Source: Acidobacteriota bacterium
GTDB taxonomy: Bacteria; Acidobacteriota; UBA6911
Direction of reading: 5' to 3'
Length of the DNA stretch: 64,000 nt
Assembly (NCBI GenBank): GCA_963664705.1
Contig: OY761556.1
Span: 1,728,001-1,792,000, forward strand
In this document: positions 60,103-64,000 of the stretch, one piece after another
How the letters are laid out: each line of letters begins with the position of its first letter
Position numbering within the stretch: position 1 is the stretch's first letter
Made by a program: the position numbers and the translations under genes
The notes under the pieces: model-generated
Told to the model about the DNA's origin: nothing
Seen by the model: only the letters and a program-made list of their open reading frames with translations
Database searches by the model: none

Positions 60103-60525
60103 ATGAGTCAACCAACCGTAATTACTGGAACTGTGGGCAAAGATGCTCATGTCATTGGAACGAAAATTCTGTCCCGGGCGCTTCGTGATGCGGGTTTCAA
60201 CGTTGTGGAACTGGGGATTCTGACACCACCGGAAGAATTTGTAAAAGCGGCGCTTGACAACAAGGCGGATGCGATCCTGATGAGTTCCTTGTATGGAATG
60301 GGAGAGCATGATGTGCAGGGCTTCAAAGAGAAGTGCATCAGCGCCGGGTTGCAGGATGTGATCCTTTACATTGGTGGGAACCTGGGTGTGGGTAAACATG
60401 ATTTCAAAGATGACGAAGTGAAGTTTAAAAAACTCGGCTTCGACCGTGTTTATCCGCCCGCATCGGATGTAAAGACGGCAATCGCGGATCTTTGGGGCGA
60501 TCTAAAAGCCAAAGGGAAAGCATAG
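60103..60525 (+). CDS. B12-binding small (S) subunit of the mutase
   Basis: DAHVIG (DxHxxG), SSLYG, YIGGNL, GFDRVYPP; AAGGAG RBS. Confidence 0.92.
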   Translation: MSQPTVITGTVGKDAHVIGTKILSRALRDAGFNVVELGILTPPEEFVKAALDNKADAILMSSLYGMGEHDVQGFKEKCISAGLQDVILYIGGNLGVGKHDFKDDEVKFKKLGFDRVYPPASDVKTAIADLWGDLKAKGKA

Positions 60526-60530
60526 GATTT

Positions 60531-61775
60531 ATGTTGCGCAACAGAATGCTGGCCGGATACCGGGCTTTGGATCTTACGGATGAAAAAGGATTTTTGTGTG
60601 GAAAGATCCTGTCGGAACTCGGTGTGGATGTGATCAAGGTGGAAAAGCCGGGAGGAGATGATGCTCGAAAGGTTGGGCCCTTCTGGCATGATCAGGCCGA
60701 TCCCGAAAAAAGCCTGTATTGGTTCTCTTACAACAGCAGCAAGCGCGGAATTACGCTCGATATCCGGACGGAACGTGGTAAGGAGCTCTTCCGAGAGCTG
60801 ATTAAGACCGCCGATTTCGTCATCGAATCCTTTGCCCCCGGTGAATTCGACCGAATGGGGTTCGGCTATGGAGAACTGTGTAATATCAGGAAGGATATCA
60901 TTCTGACTTCGATCACCGCATTTGGGCAGAAGGGACCTTATAGCCAATATCAGGCTTCTGATCTGGTGATCATGGGTATGGCGGGCGAACTTTTTTTGAC
61001 CGGGGACTCTGATCGGCGACCGGTGAACATCAGTTTGCCTCAAGCATGTCTCCATGCCGGCGCGGATGCCGCCGTTGGATCCATGCTGGCGCACCATCAT
61101 CGGAGGAAATCGGGCGAAGGACAGCACGTGGACGTCTCCCTGCAGCAAAGCGCTGCCTGGTTCCTGGCTCAGACCGTGCCGCACTGGGAGTTGGATAATC
61201 TTATTTTGGGGCGGGTAGGAACTTTTCGAACCAGCAGTCGAGGCACGCTCCAGCGGCAGGTATGGCCGTGCAAGGACGGTTATATTTTCTTTTTCATGAT
61301 CGGCGGGCAGCAAGGCGCAAAGACATGCCGAAACCTTGTGAAATGGATGGTCGAGGAGGGCATGCCCAACGAATTTCTGCAGGCCTATGAGTGGGAACGG
61401 TTCGATATGGCCAGCGCTACGCAGGATCTGATCGATACGATCTCGGGTCCGATCGCTGAATTTTTCAGGACGAGGACGAAGAAGGAAGCTCTGGATGCGG
61501 CAATGTCCCGGAACATCTCGATATGTCCTCTGATGGGCATGCAGGACTTGCTTGTTGATCCCAATCTGACGGCCAGAGATTTCTGGCTTCCAATGGAGCA
61601 TCCCGAACTGAATGCAACCATTCCTTATCCGAGACAGTTTGCAAGATCGTCCGAAAACGAGATGACGACCAAATCACGTGCGCCGCTTATCGGGGAGCAT
61701 AATTCCGAAATTTACGGCGAGCTTGGTTTATCGAGTGACAGTATCGCGGAGCTGAAAAAATCCGGGGTGATCTAA
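60531..61775 (+). CDS. Class III CoA-transferase, BbsE-like chain apparently lacking the catalytic Asp
   Basis: RALDLTDEKG.LCGKIL..LG.DVIKVEKPGGD.AR, N.SKRGITLD, QACLHAG, GEGQHVDVS, AP.IGEHN. Confidence 0.88.
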   Translation: MLRNRMLAGYRALDLTDEKGFLCGKILSELGVDVIKVEKPGGDDARKVGPFWHDQADPEKSLYWFSYNSSKRGITLDIRTERGKELFRELIKTADFVIESFAPGEFDRMGFGYGELCNIRKDIILTSITAFGQKGPYSQYQASDLVIMGMAGELFLTGDSDRRPVNISLPQACLHAGADAAVGSMLAHHHRRKSGEGQHVDVSLQQSAAWFLAQTVPHWELDNLILGRVGTFRTSSRGTLQRQVWPCKDGYIFFFMIGGQQGAKTCRNLVKWMVEEGMPNEFLQAYEWERFDMASATQDLIDTISGPIAEFFRTRTKKEALDAAMSRNISICPLMGMQDLLVDPNLTARDFWLPMEHPELNATIPYPRQFARSSENEMTTKSRAPLIGEHNSEIYGELGLSSDSIAELKKSGVI

Positions 61776-61807
61776 TTTTCAGGCACTCCAAGGTGAAAGG
61801 TATGAGC

Positions 61808-63898
61808 ATGAATCCAATGTACGAAAAAATCCTCGAACCCGGCCGCATCGGGTCCGTAACGACGCGAAATCGAATCGTCAAATCCGGTGCCGGAATGCTC
61901 ATGTGGCATGAAGCGGATGTCCATATGCGTCCCGAAGTTCTGGCCTTCTATGAGGGGATTGCGAGAGGGGGCGTCGGATTATTGATCGTTGAATCGCCTA
62001 CGATCGACTACCCGCGAGGCGTGCGCTGGAAGGAACGGTATCGCATTGACGAGGACAAATATATCCAGGGGCTCAGCGAACTGGTCCAAATCATTCATAA
62101 GCACGGTTGCCCGACGTTTATGCAGATGAACCATGACGGGCCCTGGCAAGTCAAACTTCCTTTTGCCCCCGATCCTATGTATGACGGCCCGCCGATCGGA
62201 GCATCCGCAGTCAGTTTTAAGGCCGAGGCAGACTTCCATGAAGAAGTTCCCCACCCGCTGACGGTAGAGGAAATACAGGAGATCGTCGACAAATTTGCCA
62301 GCGCTGCCCTTAGAGCGCGACAGGCGGGGTTCGATGGCGTGGACATCAATGCTGCCAGCAGCCATCTTCTGCACAATTTCTTCTCGCCGTTCTGGAACAA
62401 ACGCGAAGACGCTTATGGCGGAAGCCCGGAGAATCGTGCCCGCTTTGCCATGGAAGTAATCCAGGCGGTCAAAAAGAAGGCCGGGAGTGATTTCCCTGTA
62501 TCGATCATTCTCAATGGTGTCGAAATCGGCGCGGGGATCGGAGTGCCGAACAGTCAGTGCCTGACACATGCGGATGCGCGCGAAATCGCCAAGTGCCTGC
62601 AGAAGGCGGGAGCCGATGCCATTCAGGTGCGCAGCCATTTCCTGGGCTATCACGTGGGTGCCTATCTGCCGGATGCGCTTTTTTATCCCGATGCGCCGAT
62701 ACCATTGGAGGATTTTCCAAAGGAATACAACACCAGTGATCGTGGCGTCGGATCGAATATCATTGCCGCTGCCGGAATCAAGAGCGTGGTTTCGATACCG
62801 GTTACAGTGGTTGGCAAGCTCGATGCCAATCTGGGAGAACAGCTGATCCGGGAAGGCAAGGTGGACTTCATCGCGATGACCCGCCGGCTGCTTGCTGATC
62901 CGGATTATCCAAAAAAGATCGCCGAAGGACGAGTCGACGACATTCAGCCATGCACTGGATGTGACAACTGCCTTGGGAGCAAGCGCTGCCGCATTAACGG
63001 GCTCTTAGGGACTGCCTACAACACAATCGAGAAATCTCCAAAAAAGAAAAAGGTCCTGGTCATCGGCGGAGGGCCCGGTGGAATGTCCGCAGCCAGAGTA
63101 TCTGCCATGCGTGGGCATGACGTAACATTGTTCGAAAGATCCTCTATGCTGGGGGGACTTCTGCCTCTTGCCGCCATTGTCAAAGGCAACCGACCGGAAG
63201 ATCTCACTTTGATTATCAACTATTTTACGCGGCAGCTTTCAAAGCTTGGCGTGAAGGTGGAACTGGGGAAAGAGGCCGATCTGTCTGTGGTTGACCGGAT
63301 CAAGCCGGACGTCGTTTTCCTGGCAACGGGCGGAACCTCCACCGTGCCGAAGATTCCGGGAATTGATAAGCCGAATGTTGTCAGTGGGGCGGCACTGCAT
63401 AGCCGATTGAAACTCGCGCTGAAGTTTTTTAAACCGGACACGCTGAGGAATCTGACCAAATACTACATGCCTATGGGCAAGCGGGTGATTGTCATCGGCG
63501 GAGCTATCCAGGGTTGCGAGCTTGCCGAGTTTCTGACAAAACGGGGGAGAAAGGTCACCGTTGTGGAAACCGGCAATGCAATTGGCGATGGCATGGTAGA
63601 TGCCTTGCTGGCCAACCTGCTTATCTGGTTCCGCAAAAAAGGTGTCCCTCTGATCAGCGGGGTGAAGGAATATGTCGAAATTACCGAAAAGGGACTGACC
63701 ATTATCACGCAGGACGGTGCTAGGCAAACCATTGAAGCGGACAGCATTGTGACCGCGCTGCCACTGACTCCGAACGACGAGTTGTTGGAGAAACTCAAAA
63801 CGAGGGTTGCTGAAGTCTATGCTATCGGGGATTGCCGGCAGCCGCAGCTCATTGCAGATGCTATCGGAACCGGATTGCGCACCGCCCGGGAGATTTAG
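61808..63898 (+). CDS. NADH:flavin oxidoreductase (Old Yellow Enzyme barrel + Fe-S + FAD domain; FadH/BaiH-like)
   Basis: RNRIV, ARGGVGLLI, AGFDGV, N.REDAYGGS.ENRAR, LADPD, CTGCDNC..C, IGGGPGG, IGDC; start among 61793/61802/61808. Confidence 0.9.
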   Translation: MNPMYEKILEPGRIGSVTTRNRIVKSGAGMLMWHEADVHMRPEVLAFYEGIARGGVGLLIVESPTIDYPRGVRWKERYRIDEDKYIQGLSELVQIIHKHGCPTFMQMNHDGPWQVKLPFAPDPMYDGPPIGASAVSFKAEADFHEEVPHPLTVEEIQEIVDKFASAALRARQAGFDGVDINAASSHLLHNFFSPFWNKREDAYGGSPENRARFAMEVIQAVKKKAGSDFPVSIILNGVEIGAGIGVPNSQCLTHADAREIAKCLQKAGADAIQVRSHFLGYHVGAYLPDALFYPDAPIPLEDFPKEYNTSDRGVGSNIIAAAGIKSVVSIPVTVVGKLDANLGEQLIREGKVDFIAMTRRLLADPDYPKKIAEGRVDDIQPCTGCDNCLGSKRCRINGLLGTAYNTIEKSPKKKKVLVIGGGPGGMSAARVSAMRGHDVTLFERSSMLGGLLPLAAIVKGNRPEDLTLIINYFTRQLSKLGVKVELGKEADLSVVDRIKPDVVFLATGGTSTVPKIPGIDKPNVVSGAALHSRLKLALKFFKPDTLRNLTKYYMPMGKRVIVIGGAIQGCELAEFLTKRGRKVTVVETGNAIGDGMVDALLANLLIWFRKKGVPLISGVKEYVEITEKGLTIITQDGARQTIEADSIVTALPLTPNDELLEKLKTRVAEVYAIGDCRQPQLIADAIGTGLRTAREI

Positions 63899-63910
63899 GG
63901 ATTGAAGATT

Positions 63911-63941
63911 TCAACTTCCGACACTCAAACTCGGAAGTTGA
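63911..63941. repeat. 11-bp intergenic inverted repeat
   Basis: TCAACTTCCGA-N9-TCGGAAGTTGA. Confidence 0.6.
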
Positions 63942-63956
63942 GATTAAAGGAGATCA

Positions 63957-64000
63957 ATGAACAAGGGAGTTTTTGAGGATCTCAAGATCGCCGCGTTCAA
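63957..64000 (+). CDS. Start of a probable class III CoA-transferase (truncated by the window edge)
   Basis: AAGGAG RBS, then MNKGVFEDLKIAAF, resembling the family N-terminus; only 14 codons visible. Confidence 0.5.
   Translation, partial: MNKGVFEDLKIAAF

Noticed and set aside
58545-60525. Annotation as ordinary glutamate fermentation (glmE/glmS)
   Set aside because: Active-site substitutions, reversed order and no mal/glmL in the window; gene symbols withheld.
60450-61601. 383-aa minus-strand ORF
   Set aside because: Antisense shadow of the class III CoA-transferase.
46878-64000. Catabolic cluster as a mobile genomic island
   Set aside because: No integrase, transposase, tRNA or direct repeat is visible, and composition was not computed.
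1-64000. CRISPR arrays, tRNA/rRNA, prophage or defence genes
   Set aside because: No regularly spaced repeats, RNA gene signatures or such proteins seen.

Overview
Gene-dense bacterial chromosomal window from an anaerobe or facultative anaerobe. Taxonomy cannot be fixed from sequence alone. I see no rRNA, tRNA, CRISPR array, integrase or transposase. (1) 1-490: a UGSC-family selenoprotein that the ORF track cuts at an in-frame TGA (GD-U-GSCT). A SECIS-like hairpin follows and the gene runs off the left edge. (2) 0.6-19.3 kb, a hydrogen island: a FIST/PAS/GAF hybrid kinase, then a membrane-bound [NiFe] uptake hydrogenase operon (hyaABCD-like) with the six-Cys proximal-cluster signature. This operon converges, with a 2-nt gap, on a cluster of rex, a trimeric bifurcating-type [FeFe] hydrogenase (HydCBA), a sensory [FeFe]-hydrogenase-histidine kinase fusion and three receiver-containing partners. 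Several Rex boxes are visible. (3) 19.5-46.8 kb: mixed housekeeping and accessory genes, including rlhA-like U32, orphan ybaB, a hybrid kinase, MFS, ABC-2 exporter, adenine deaminase, glgP-[EAL/HDOD]-glgC-pfk, HD-GYP, an amidohydrolase and several long intergenic palindromes. (4) 46.9-64 kb: an apparently uncharacterised anaerobic catabolic cluster. It has 2 SDRs, 2 aldehyde dehydrogenases, a TRAP transporter, a fused class I CoA-transferase apparently lacking the catalytic Glu, three class III CoA-transferase chains and an OYE/Fe-S reductase. It also encodes a divergent B12-dependent glutamate-mutase-like pair that keeps the carboxylate-binding Arg claw but lacks the amino-group-binding Glu. 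This cluster is the best candidate for an undescribed system. Residue comparisons to reference enzymes are by eye, from recalled sequences, and need real alignments.
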